Below are positions 24,188 through 36,890 of a DNA stretch of 64,000 bases, piece after piece (the stretch's first letter is position 1; every line of letters starts with the position of its first letter). Source of the stretch: Zancudomyces culisetae HAW-14-8 (taxonomy: Eukaryota; Fungi; Kickxellomycota); contig JBNJNM010000011.1 of NCBI GenBank assembly GCA_052426225.1, positions 2,604,001-2,668,000 of the forward strand, given 5' to 3'. The notes under the pieces are model-generated. The model had not been told where the DNA came from and searched no databases. It was given only the letters and a program-made list of their open reading frames with translations. The position numbers and the translations under genes were made by a program.

Positions 24188-24717
24188 TCTATAAAAAAAA
24201 AGTTTGTTTTCTTCTTTTTCTACTTTACTTTTCCGTTCGTTTCGTTTCTTTTCTTTTCGTTTCTTTTTTTTTATTCAGCAATTCAAATTAGAAAAAGCGA
24301 TTTCAGTGTATTTACTATGTTCTAGCATACAATAAGCTGTTTTTACTAATTATTATACGAGTCCTACAAAACTGGTTTTGATATAAATGGATTTCTATCA
24401 ATATATGCCATTCAGATTTAAATATATTTTTTCCCTACTATATAAATCTTGGTTGAATCACCACTTCATATACTGAACCGTTTATAAATTTGGCTATACA
24501 CACAATACAAAGAAAAGTTAATTTTTTTTTTATATGCTGAAAAATTCTAATCTTTTTAATTCCGATTTAACCACAGCATAAACCTAAACCCAAATTCAAA
24601 TACAAAAAAAATCCATGCAAAATCAAAAAAGATAAAAATAAAGCAATTGAAACTTGTATAAACAAATACAATACAGTAGAAAATATCAACAAAAATGTTG
24701 TAAAGAAAGGTTTTATT

Positions 24718-27700
24718 TTAAATAAAATCACAGACACAACCACAACCAGTAGGACAAGTAATGTTATAGTTGGGTATAGAGGACTTTTTAGAAAATGCAA
24801 CATAGGCGTTAAGGTGGTCAGGATGCCCACCGTGACAACAGTATTGGCAAACCAAGGCAACTCCAGTCACATTAGTGTTGCAGACAGAACATACCAATGG
24901 AAGAGTTAGAGAAGGTAGCGGTCTGGTGGGTTGAGGGTGGGTAGCAAGTTTGTCTATCGAAGCAGATGAGAGAGAAGGTGAAGGTGAAAAAGAAAAAGGG
25001 ATGTTACTGTTTGTTGGAAATTGAAAGTGTTGGCCATAGTTGGTGGAATCAAAAGTACCAATGAAAAAGGGTGGGGACAGAAACTTTAAGAGAACTTGGG
25101 CTTCGGTTATGAAGTCCCAAGCGTGCAATAGATCAGAATAAAGATGCAGCCAAAGATTAAATAGGCTGAGCTGGTTTTTAGCCAAAATTCCATTCTCATA
25201 TAAAAGCTGAGTTACGGTTACAGACTTGGTGTTATTGGAGGGAACACCAGATATAAAATTAAGATTTAATTGAATGTTTAATTTTGGGAGTACTTGGGAT
25301 GATGTAGTAGTACTAGTAGTATTAGTAGTAGTATTATTATTAGAGGCAAGTGCATAATAATTACGAGCGCTGGATCTTTTTATTGGTAAAAGGGCACCAT
25401 CAATCGCTTTTATTTGAGTGATACAGGAAAGTCTGTTGGACTGAATTGGTGGGTTTGAATAATTATGTTGCAATTCATTAGCGCAGGAATCTGTGGGGTT
25501 ATTAAATGCAGAAAGTGGTGTAGTTGTGAGCAAGTTGTCGGAAAGAGTACGGTTTGTGTGAGAGTATATGGCGGACAAAGCACTAGGTGGGCAGTTCAGG
25601 AATATAAATGCAGGAGAAATGGCACAAGTTAGAAGAACAAAATTTTGGATATCGCGATTGGTGATACAGTCAGCTATACAATTCAGAATAATTCGTTGGC
25701 CAGGGGCATTTTGCCAACTTTCAAAGGGAATAATGTTGTTTGATTTATAGAGAATGGCCAGGATAATCCAGATATCGTATAAATCGATTCTCCCTAGCGA
25801 CCTACAGACATTAGCATTGTTTAGGCAGATGTTGCTTGGTGTTTCTATAGATTGGACTTTTCCAATCAGTTTAAACTTAGGAGCGGCCTCTTCGTATGCT
25901 ATTGGATCCCAGTACGAAATATCTGCTACCCTACACAGATTTCCTAGTTGAATGGCGGTGCTCTGGTCTGCAAAAGTGTTATTATCCGCAAATTGATTGT
26001 TTTTACTAAACGACTCATCATCTTTTGCCAATTTGGTGGTATTGATGTTGGTATTGATGTTGGTGTTGGTGTTTATGTTGGTATTGGTAGGAGCTTTAAA
26101 GCCTTCATATTCGAGTTCTATGCCATGTAGCTTCTTTTTCTGCTCATACAAAGTTGGTTTTGATTTACCTAGTTTGATACTATCATTATTATCATTAGTA
26201 TGGAAGGAAAAGTGCTTTTGCCCTATGGCTGAAACAGGAGTTGTTGTCGTAGTGGTAGCCGCTGTTGCTGTTTTTTGGAGGATATCAGATACCTTCTTCT
26301 TTGAAAAAATAGCACTTTTCTTAATCCCTGAAATATTCCCTTGGAAATAAAACAAACCAGTTTCATCTGGAATTTCGCCAATAGTATCAAACTCGACCCC
26401 TAAAGGCACCTCTTCATCCTTTTCATTGTTCACGCTTATACTTATATTTGCAAACTCATTACTTTTTTGTGGAGTGTGTTTTGTTTTTTTGAGCATTGCC
26501 AAGGTTCTTGGTACTTGAAGATCTTTGGTATTTTTCCCCACCTCTACTACCATTCCCCCATTATCATCCTTCTGTTTATGACCTTGACCTTGTCCCTGCC
26601 CTTGTCCTTGTCCTTTTCCTTGTAAGTGTACAGTGTATAAGTTTACATTCTCACCACTAGTATTCGGCAAATAATTAGTAGTAGATCGCTTTTCCACAGA
26701 CCCTGAAACATTATTTTTATCGGATCTTAATCTAGTCTTTACACCATTATTATTAGTATTATTACTCTTATCCTTATCCTTATTCTTATTCTTATTCTTA
26801 TTCTTATTCCTATTCTTTCTATTGGTGTTATCCATAAATGTAACTTTTCTACGAGTACGATTTGATCGGATAGGTAACTTCTTGCTGCGTGGCGCATTAT
26901 TGTCTGATAAATCTGAGGATAATAGTGAGGGTATGGTTTTGATATTACTAAAATTTCTTTGGTCATAATCCAACTCATCGGGATTATCTGAATACGATGG
27001 TGGTGATGAACAAGATAGTGAAGAAGAAGAAGAGGAGGGGGAGGAAGCGGATGATGATAGGGATAAAGACGACAGAGATAACGAAGCTGATAGTTGAGAT
27101 TGTTTTTGTTGTTGTTGTTGTTGTTGTAGAGATGAAGAAAATGATGATAAAAGTACTGGAGAAGTTGAAAATGACATTCCAGAATGGTCTACTTTGTAAT
27201 AGCCGTCTCTTGGACCATTATGTCCGTCCATATTATAGTCATCTTGATGAGTAGGAACTTTAAGTTTGTTCAAATTGGATTTTTGGTTCTGGTTCTGGTT
27301 CTGGTTCTGATTTTGGTTCTGGTTTTGGTTTTGGTTTTGTCTTTTTTTAGTCTTATTACCGTTATTATTATATCTTTTCGCTCTTCTATTTACTCTCTTG
27401 TTTTGTTGATAGTAATCCAATGAAGATAATGCCTGAGAATCAAGATAATTAGTGTTCATATTTGCGCCTGCTCCAAATAAAAACGATCCCAAATTTTGAA
27501 TCTTAAACATAAACATTGCTCTATAATACTGTATTCTCAGCGCACTCCTCGGCTTTGACAAAACTGATATCTGCTTTGACAAGATTGATCTGAATATCTT
27601 GTTGGTGTCTTCTGGTACAACTGCTGACTTTTCTTTACCTTGTGTCGCTTTGTTATCCGAGTTTAACCCTTGCATCAGTGTAAACATTCCTGAATACGTC

Positions 27701-30700
27701 TCATAGGTATACAGCGAACCAAAAAACATCACCAGCTTGTTTGTCGCACTGAATACTCCTCCACAAAGTCGTGGAAATGGAACATTCCCTCCCATAATTC
27801 CCGAAGAATTTGCATATGCGTTGAGTTTTGCATCCAGATACCCTGTAGAGTTTAGATTTTCCTCTTCTGTCTGTTTATAAAGTTGTGTCGTTGCCTTTAT
27901 CAAGTGGGGTTCAACCATATCCCGCCCTCTTGAATGTGCTTCGTTTTCTCTAGAAATCGAACTATTTAATTGGTACATATAGTCTGCCTCGGATGCATGC
28001 CCCGACCCAGCCTCACTGTCTGTCACTGGAATAGATGTCGGCATTGAGCTCGACCCTGATCTTACACTTAGCCCTACACTTAACTCTGACTCCGATTCTG
28101 ACTCCGACTCAGAGTTGGAATTAGTTTCAGTGTCTGTACTTGAATTCGAATCTATCGCTGATCCCAACCCTGATGTTGGACTCGAAACTGAGTATCTACC
28201 AAAATCACGCCTTGCCTTCATCGTAGTAGCACTTTCCATCTCGGAGTTTTCACTCGAATCCCCAACCGTGGTTTTTGCTTGACTTTGAACTACCCGTTTC
28301 TTTGTATTAAACAATAAAAGCTGTGATGGCCATTCGGCTCTTTTTTTCGTCAATTTTCTGTGGTGAACATTATTGTCATTATCATTATCATTATCACCAT
28401 TATCATTTTTGTGCATCGCTGTGGTGTTTTCGGTTTCTTTACGCAAATTTGTCATAATTTCTCCAAGTATTTTTCTATCTTTAGCTTCCATCTCGTCGAT
28501 ACCCTCAAGTACATCAATATTAACCACCAATCCAGTACACAAAAAGGCTAATATATCTTTCATACTTTTGTTCTTCCCCGGGTGTCTCCAGAAATAATAC
28601 CAGTATATTCGATTCATCCAATACTTTATGTACTTGACCCGCATTGTCGATATCCCACTATTCTTCTTTACATCAACTAGTTGAATTCTGACTGGATAGC
28701 AAGCACCACTCTGACTCAACATCTGTGATATGTCCGCCACTTTACTTTTGTAAAAATAAAATACTATATCCAATCTTGCTGCTTTTTTCTTGAACCCAAA
28801 CGGTCCTTTAATTTGAACCTTATATGAAATATACCGACTATCACCACTTGTTGATAACCCCCGTCTAATCGTGCCACATCTTTTCTCCTGATTTATCACA
28901 TGAACAGCTGTGTTTTTATACTTTTTGATCTCATCTGATATTTCAAATCTAACCTCTCTCGATTTTTCCACCTCTTCATATCTCTCTAAAAGCTCGTTTA
29001 GCTGGTACTTTATCATCCTTTTGCTCCCCGCATGTTCAAAAACTGGTTGTTTATCATACACAACCTGTGGCTTGATTGTCTGTCCTCTACCACCTCCAAC
29101 CGTTTTCTGTTGCTGATTTTCGTAAATTTTGTTCCGTACAAAATCTTTTATACCCAACGCAACTCTCTCGACATAATATGGTGCTTTTTCCGCCTGTAGG
29201 TGTACTAGCTCCTTCTCACCAACCAGAGTGCTGAAATAACTTTCGTCTGTAAGTGATGCAAACGAAGGCTGTTTCAACATCCATTTTCTGTTTCTTCTAC
29301 TTATTAACCTGTTCATTTCTGCCTTTGTACTCTTGTAGTATATCCCATGACTCGGCTTTACTCCCATTTCCTACAAAAAAAAAATTTCCCCAACAGAAAA
29401 TTGCAACATGTTAGATTAAACTAAAATAAAATACCACTTAAATATACATTTAATGTATTTCTTTTTTCTAAACCCCCCCCCCCCACAATACACATATAAA
29501 TGTATATAAATGTATATACCTGTAATAGTTTTTTGCTCATTTTCCAAGATTTCACGTTTCTGTCGGTCCCAACTGTAACCAGCTGCCACTCCGTCCCATC
29601 AAGAACCAGTGAACTTCCCACTGGCCCTCTTCTTCTCCACACAAAATCCGTCGTGTAACCTCGATGTCCCTCAGTATACCCTACCGGGTCATTGACTCCA
29701 TCTCTAAAAAACGCCACTTTATTTTCTGGTTCCTTAAATGCAACCACTATACCTTCTCCAAATGGTGCATACCTCGCTCTCAAAACTCGTGAATTACACG
29801 ATATGGTGTTACTTAAGCATGGGTTTCCCGGTGCCGACCAATCCCATCTTTTTATCTTTTGGTCGCTAGACGCAGTTATCAGCACATTCTTCTTAAAGTT
29901 GTGAAACGATACCGAATAGATCGCAGATTCGTGTGCCCTGTCAATCGAAATAAGCGGAGAAGATCCTCGCTATTACAATAATACCCCAATTGTTATTTAA
30001 TATACAAATCTAGCCATTTCGAGTTTATCTTACCCTAATATCCCAAATATTGACACTATCCTGATGCCCTGACACAAATGTATATCTTTCTAGTTTGCTG
30101 AATGCAACCGATGAGCCATCTAAATTTTTAGTTTTAGTTTTAGTTTTAGTTTTGGTTTTGGTTTTGGTTTTGGTTTTGGTTTTGGTTTTGGTTTTGACTG
30201 TCGCACAGCTTGTCCATTGATGACTTTTTTTTGTTATTCCTATACGTCACCGGTATGCCAAGTAAAGCCAGTATATATATAAAGTTACCTTTCCATACTG
30301 TAAATTTATACGCTGACTTTTTTGACGTTCTAATGTCCCAAAGTCTTATGTATGGATCCACCGATGATGTCAACAGCAATGAAGGATCAAACACCGACCA
30401 ATTGAATCCAGTAATTGCCCCCATATCATCAGTCAACGTAATCTCTGGTTTGTTTTCTGCATTAGCAAAATTCCATATCAGTACCAACCTATTCAGCTAT
30501 ATTTTGATTTTTAAGTTCAGTTTATTCCCTACTTTTACTGTTCTTATTGTTTTAAATATATAAGCGCTGTAGAAAACAGTGGACTTTTGTTTCTTTTTTC
30601 TTTGCAATAAATAAAGATATGTATATTTAACTTACTGTACTTGCCACCAATCCACCATGAGAAATGTGTGGATTCCACTCTACGTTGGCTATACTCGATC

Positions 30701-31103
30701 GACTGTTTACCGGAATCCTCCTAGAGTTTTCTCTCACATTTTCCAAATCCACAACGCATAGTTGACCATTTCTATCGATACACCGACAAATACTCTTTTT
30801 AATACTTATCTATGCGTCTAGTCGTAATTCATTGCTGTATTTTTCTTTTTTCTTTTTTAACAAATTAATATTTGTGATAAAAGTTTAGATAAATGGCTAC
30901 TTTATTCCAGCATACCTCATTCCGCCATCTAGAAGTGAATTCGAATGAATATTAGAAAGAATAGTAAAGACTTACCCTCCTAATACTATGTCTCGGTTAA
31001 AAGGGCTTACACCAACAAAATTGTATGAATTGCGAAGTTTCAACGAAAAGTCGCTATATATTATGTTTTTTTCCTTCACTTTTTTAAAGGAATTGATCTC
31101 CAT
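24718..31103 (-). CDS. MTC5: GATOR2/SEACAT subunit WDR59/Sea3/Mtc5, multi-exon, expanded by low-complexity tracts
   Basis: N-terminal WD40 exons (VGVSPFNRDIVLG, VEWNPH, LWDIR, AHESAIYSVSF, RARYAPFG, FVWRR, QLVT), VPFPRLCGGVFS motif, C-terminal RING-like CSVC...CQYCCHGGHPDH...CPTGCGCVC. 5' exon boundaries approximate. Confidence 0.88.
26575..26620. repeat. Coding hexamer microsatellite encoding GQGQGQ in WDR59
   Basis: ccttgaccttgtccctgcccttgtccttgtcc; protein QGKGQGQGQGQGQGH. Confidence 0.75.
26765..26815. repeat. Coding (TTATTC/TTATCC)n microsatellite encoding KNKNKNKDKD
   Basis: Direct hexamer repeats visible in the sequence. Confidence 0.8.
27280..27340. repeat. Coding (GGTTYT)n microsatellite encoding QNQNQN
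   Basis: ttttggttctggttctggttctggttctgattttggttctggttttggttttggttttg. Confidence 0.85.
30125..30196. repeat. Intronic (AGTTTT)n-(GGTTTT)n compound microsatellite in WDR59
   Basis: Hexamer array lying inside the intron from about 30287 to 30120. Confidence 0.85.
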
Positions 31104-31602
31104 TTTGTGTTGCCCATTCGATATATCCTGAAAGCTATTGAATCGGCTTGGAAAATGTAATTTCAAAATTGCATTATTTTACACTGGAGCATTTACCTGT
31201 ATCTCCAAAATATTATAACTTGTAGTTCAAAAGCTCCTCTTTTTGGTAAACACTCTATAATTGAGCATTATATTTGCTTTCTAAAATGGTCAATTTATTT
31301 CCAGCTCCAATAATCTTTATTCAGTTTTTTGCAACAAAATCAGATGAAATCCCAACAAAAAAATAGAAAAAGAAAAGGTGCTTTTACAAAACCAAATCTT
31401 TCACTACCTGCGCTTTAACCCAATTGGTTATGGCCTTTTTCAGATTGTGACAATTTTGTTAATTGCGATTTTTTGAAAAAATAAACCTATGGAGGCAAAA
31501 TTTTCCGTTTTTTTTTGTATTCGAGTCAATAATTATTTAAAACGCTATTGTATATTCAAAAAAAATGGCGATTACTTTCGAGTTTTTGTAATTTAGTACA
31601 AA

Positions 31603-32645
31603 ATGGATGAAAATCAAGTAGAGGACGCAACTAATACCGAAGAGGAAAATGTCTACGTAGTAGAAAGACTTGTAGGCCATACGTATATACCGTCTAAGGT
31701 ACTCTCTTTTTTATAATTATTCTTTGTTTTTTTTGAAAATCAATAATCATTTTCTGGAAAATGAGAGTAGAAAAAATTCAAATATCTGGTAAAATGGGAA
31801 AATTATTCAGAAAATGAAAACACTTGGGAAGCTGAAAATAATATGTAAGTTGAATTTTATATACAGCAAAAATGAATTTAAAAATAGTTAGAAATGTCAA
31901 CAAGAGTTGAATGTTTTGTATAGAATGAGCCAGGAGCTCTTAGAGAAATACTGGGAAGAAAAGGGAAAGGAAGGAATCACGAGGAAGAGTGTCATTAGCG
32001 AGGCAGTCCAAAAGAGTGTAACTGATTCTTTTTTTTTCTAATCAGCATACATATTGATTAAATGAATTTTATCTAATTGCAGATATCCTGTAATGCGTGA
32101 TTTTCGCATATCTGTAAATTTAGTTAAGCAAGCGGAATAATCGAGAAAAACACAAACCAGCTGCACGGGATGAATATAAAAATCGAAATAAAAGCGAAAT
32201 AGTGTATTATACCTTCCCCGAAATTGACGAAAGCTTTAAACCACCTGAAATCGATTCTTGGGAAGAGCTAGTTGAAAAAGTCGAAACCCTGGACAAAACG
32301 ATTGAATCGGGTTTAGTCGTTTACATCAAATGGTACTACTTTCTCTTCTTTTTTTTGTTACTAATCAACTATCTTATTGTTTTATACTTTGATGAGCCTT
32401 TCACTTTTTTTTTTTGTTAAAAGTGGCCGTTTATTTATATGTTTATATCTATTTTCTTTTTTTAGGAATAGTGGCGAGTTTACTCGTCATCCTAGCAGTG
32501 TTATAAACGAAAAGTGTCCTCAAAAGGTAATCATATCTGGAAAACGCTATGTTAATCTACATTCCTTTAACACTGACTATTTTTGCATTTTTTTTAGATG
32601 ATTGCTTACTATGAGAATATTCTTGTGTTTAACACCAGTCAATAA
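31603..32645 (+). CDS. HP1/Swi6-type chromodomain + chromoshadow protein, about 6 exons
   Basis: Spliced translation: MDENQVEDATNTEEENVYVVERLVGH...KKFKYLVKWENYSENENTWEAENNI|MSQELLEKYW...SWEELVEKVETLDK...LVVYIKW|NSGEFTRHPSSVINEKCPQK|MIAYYENILVF. The aromatic cage residues Y/W/Y are intact. Confidence 0.88.
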
Positions 32646-33160
32646 CTCGTTTTTTTCAAAGATCATCCCCCCCCCCTTCCCTACCAACTGCTTTTTTCTT
32701 TTGTTATTTGTCATTTTACTTCTATTGTATATTTTATTTTTTGAACATATGACACCCAACCCGAGGTTTTTTTGTGGCTAGACTAATGCAATAAAATCCC
32801 TGTCTTGTACTTGGTATATTTTATGAATCTTACAGTATAGAGTTTTTATTTAAATATAAATGGCACTCATATTACAGAAAATATGTTGATCATTGGTACA
32901 TATCCGGTTGTTTCGGCTAATAACAATAAAAAAGTAAAGCGTTTCTTCCTTTTCTCCCCATGTTATGAACATATCTTTTTTGCTTCTTCCACTGCACCTG
33001 ATAGCAACTGGACCATTTCCTTGTATAAAAAACACCCTTCTTTCTCTTTCTCTTTCCCTTTCTCTTTCTCTTCTCCTTTTTTCTCTTTTTTCTCGCCAAA
33101 TCTGTGCTCCAACTCGCCTGTTTATCAGGTGTCCTATACAAATTCTTTGTAGGTGGTGAA

Positions 33161-33919
33161 TTATGTGTATATATGTGTTCTAAGAGTCGAAGTATTAGAT
33201 TCCAAAACAGTGCCTTTTTTTTTATGTACATCTCTGTCTAGATCGATTTCTTCTAGAAGCTCGCAAGAAACATCTAAACATTTTCTACCCCCAAAAGTAC
33301 ATAAACACAAAGAACACCGATCTCCGCCATGAAAAAAGTTATTTCCAGATTGCAGTACACACATTTTGTACTTTTCCATCAATCCTTCGATCTTGGGATT
33401 TTCCAAAATGCTGTTTTCGTCTTCTGGGCCACTTGGTGTATCATCTACTGGATAACATACTCTTCCCTCGGGTGTACAAACACATTCACGTTTGTTTTGT
33501 ATATCTTCAAATTTTTTTACACCATAGATAGCAATGCACCTGTAGAACTGATGTATACCCTCAACTGGTTTTTCGACAACTTCATTAACTTGAGAATGGT
33601 CACAACCATTTGTCATGGAGCATTTGATTCCAGAAAGATCGCAATAACATTCCGAACACCTTGAGTCTAGAGAAAATACACCAAAACCATACCTTTTAAC
33701 ACAATCTGTGTACTGACCTAATTCTGACTTATGTGTACTCGGCTCTATACCATTGTCCTGTACGTTTATGATTTCTTTATTTGAGCCTGTTACTGCAGAT
33801 TCCGTTGTTACATGTTCTTTTCCTGGCTCTGTACTACTTTTATTCCCAATAGTTTGTGTGTTAATCACCCACATCACATTAATACACCCAAGTAAGAAGT
33901 ATTTTACTGAAAAGACCAT
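33161..33919 (-). CDS. Secreted Cys-rich protein with three pacifastin/VWC-like repeats (6-4-6 Cys)
   Basis: Hydrophobic N-terminus MVFSVKYFLLGCINVMWVI; three repeats of [FY]xxC-x4-G-x3-F...CxC-x3-G-x2-C; intronless ORF; paralogous to the head of the 49252-57348 protein. Confidence 0.8.
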   Translation of the reverse strand: MVFSVKYFLLGCINVMWVINTQTIGNKSSTEPGKEHVTTESAVTGSNKEIINVQDNGIEPSTHKSELGQYTDCVKRYGFGVFSLDSRCSECYCDLSGIKCSMTNGCDHSQVNEVVEKPVEGIHQFYRCIAIYGVKKFEDIQNKRECVCTPEGRVCYPVDDTPSGPEDENSILENPKIEGLMEKYKMCVLQSGNNFFHGGDRCSLCLCTFGGRKCLDVSCELLEEIDLDRDVHKKKGTVLESNTSTLRTHIYT

Positions 33920-34952
33920 TTTTTTAGTAATGTATTGTGTTTCTTCAACTAAAATTCAAACGAGATACACAAATTAACTAGTATATATAAACAACCATAT
34001 CTCTATAGAAGTAATTGGTGCATTAATTTACAAGTAAGATGAGATTTATGGATGGTATTAAGTGTATACAAAGCTGTGTTTCAGTACAACAAATGATCCA
34101 TGAAGTTTGAGTGTTGCAATTATTTTTTCAAAACTATTTTTTTAATTTTCTAGCAGTATTGTCCTTTGGCTTCCCAAGTTCAAGATATAAATCGAAATGC
34201 GCCACAAAAGCGCCACTTTTAAGTTTTATACAACTGTAATCGTATTAAATGATATTCTAACATTGATACTAGTGGTATTTCTTGAATTCAAAAATAGAAA
34301 ACCACGAGTTAACTCATAGTGCATGTTGTTCATCCGTTCGCAGATATAAATACTTGGTGAATGTCTGAGAAGTAGAGATATGTCAATTAACAATCCAAGT
34401 ATCTTGTCAATGTATTTGCACCCGGAAAGCGCCATAAATACAAAAATTTCAATATTTAGATTAACTAGGGAATTTTTTTCCTCACAAAAGAGCCAGCTAT
34501 AACGAAAACCCATTAGAGGATCCCACCAGTCAGTGTGGGTAAAATAACACATCATTACCTTGGCAGGGATCCCGGGACAAGAGTTTGGATTGAACCTAAC
34601 CCTAATAACTAGCCTACTCAATATTCAAAAAGTCAATTCCGAAAAACACGTTATTTCCAAAGGGATGAAGTAGTGGTTTTTATATTGACTGCTAGATACT
34701 ATTTTTTAAAAAAAAGGCCTCCAGGAAGGTAGATATGTTATATAGTTAAGAATATACTAGTATATGTGCAGAGAAAGGGTGGTGGCTAAATGAAGGGATT
34801 CATAGCGTAGGCGGATCAAGATTGCTACAACCTGGTTCAAGGATCTAACTCTAATTGGCCAATGTTCCATAATAAAACAGTTGATGCGAAAAGTAGTATT
34901 CGAAAGGATCGCGCGGGTAGAGCTTTAGAGACGAGACGTGTAACACATTAGT

Positions 34953-35782
34953 TTAAAACTTGGGTATTCTGAGCCTCCTGCTTACCATTAAGGCCCCATT
35001 GAGTGCATATAAAAAGACAAAAGGGTGAATAAAAAAGTTCTGAAAGACGTTAAATTTTCCTCCCCAAATTTCACTCTCCTCGAATGCTATTTTAAAGGGA
35101 GAAACGGGTAAATAAGGTTGGTTTTGATCCTCTAGAAATCCCCAGAATCTTCCAGAAAATACACCAAAGGCTAAAGCGCAGACAAGTAGAAGTGATGTAG
35201 GGATTGGCGTGCCCTCATAGTATGTTATCATTCCAGAGCTATTTTTAGGAAGAGAAGATACAGTAGCATTATACCTCGCTAATCTTGCAGCTCCACAGCA
35301 CACAAAAAATGTCAATACAAAAATATCAAGTATCGTTTGAAGACCACATGCAAAGCCTAGAACCGCGGGAGCCACACCAAAGGAAATCTAGTATCAAATT
35401 TAGTATGATAAGTTAGATGTTCAGGCCGCTTTTATTAAAGAGAAGTATATCAGACCAAAATGTTGATTTAAATATAAATTCGACGTACCAAATCTGCCAT
35501 AGAGTCCAATTCCTGTCCCAAAATGCTTGTGCTCTTTCTCCATCTTGCGACTTTTCCATCCATTAAATCAAAAAACACACCAATCGGAACAAAAAGGAAC
35601 GCTATTTTCAAAAAAAGCACCCGTTGTGTGATCAAAGATCGCAGTGCAAACATTATCGAAAGGCATCCGCATACACCATTGCAAAGCGTCAAGTAATCAG
35701 CCAGGTTAAATGATCTGATCATTGAAAACGGGATTCGTTTTTCGTTCTGCACCCTTTTCTGTACGCTTTTTGAACGTTTCAT
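34953..35782 (-). CDS. CHO1: CDP-diacylglycerol--serine O-phosphatidyltransferase (phosphatidylserine synthase), 2 exons
   Basis: CDP-alcohol motif DLMDGKVARW...GQELDSMADL|ISFGVAPA across intron 35488-35388; ARLARYN, YEGTPIP. Confidence 0.95.
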
Positions 35783-36890
35783 GATTTTTTGAACCGTTTC
35801 CTTGTATTTTTGCTGTTGAGCCTTTGTTTTTAGCTTCCGTGATTTGTATCAAAAAAGGAATTTATGTTTGAGTTATCACTGGAATATCTTATTAAGCCAG
35901 ATTTTAAGTTCAATCTCCAGCAATTTATCGGTTTATTTGGCGGAAATCTTTTGCTGAGTAAACATGCTTTGCTAAAAAAAATAATGAGAGTGTGATGTAA
36001 TGTATATTGATCTTTTTTGTCGTGAAAATTGCGTTTTATTTACACAAAAGATTGAGCATTCATTTTGCTTCGCGAATGGTAAAAGGCAGCTTTGGCCAAT
36101 TATCAACAAGATGACAGATATGTTCACATTGATTGTTTATTGCATATTTTCCCTTTCCTATGAAATTCTGCTCTAAAAGCATTACTATTGGCACTATAAA
36201 AAAACAAAAAAAACCAATAAAAAGACAAAATCATAGAAAATGATAAAGTGCAATGAATGGTAGATTCTGGTAAATCAGAGCTAGTGTATGTAGAGGAAAA
36301 GTAATACGAAGACAAACCCCGCTTAGTACTGAATAGTACAGCAGAACACCCCTACTTCCACTTCTCCCTTCAAAAGATGTTGTAAAAAAACGAACATGAA
36401 AGAAGGTTGATATTGTGGATTTATCTAGTCATCACTGAGATATGCTTGTATAACAAACGTCATGAAGCTGGGCGTTGTGGAGAATATGGTCTGAACAGAG
36501 ACCCTGGATGGGTACATTCGTTTGGAGAGTGTCTTTCTTTTGCGAAGGGTATCGTGTTCATGATTTTTGCTTTTTTTCTTTTTGATAGCTGGTCTGGTCG
36601 AGAAACGGGCAAACTATTCTATGATTGTATTAAATGGCAGTAATTTCCTGATTTTGTTTCAAGTTGGACTTTTAAAGACTAATTAATTTACTGAAATAAA
36701 TGGATGTAAAGAAAAAAATGTAGTTTTAAAATACAAGTGTTTATTCAAATAGTCACCGAATATCCTTAAGTCAAAAATAAACAAATAACAATAGGAATCA
36801 TATACAGACTTTGCATATATCCCTTTGATCATCTCATCAATATTTCTACAATAAAAAAATCCAGAAACAAAATTAGAATAAAAATTAAAA

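Noticed and set aside
32917-33231. Possible frameshifted extension of the short Cys-rich gene at an A9 run
   Set aside because: The alternative frames give a short or Lys/Arg microsatellite-derived tail, not a Thr stalk; there is no support for a truncated adhesin.
34550-34620. attaccttggcaggga, resembling the U1 snRNA 5' end
   Set aside because: Only about 15 nt are similar; no U1 loop I/II sequences or Sm site follow.
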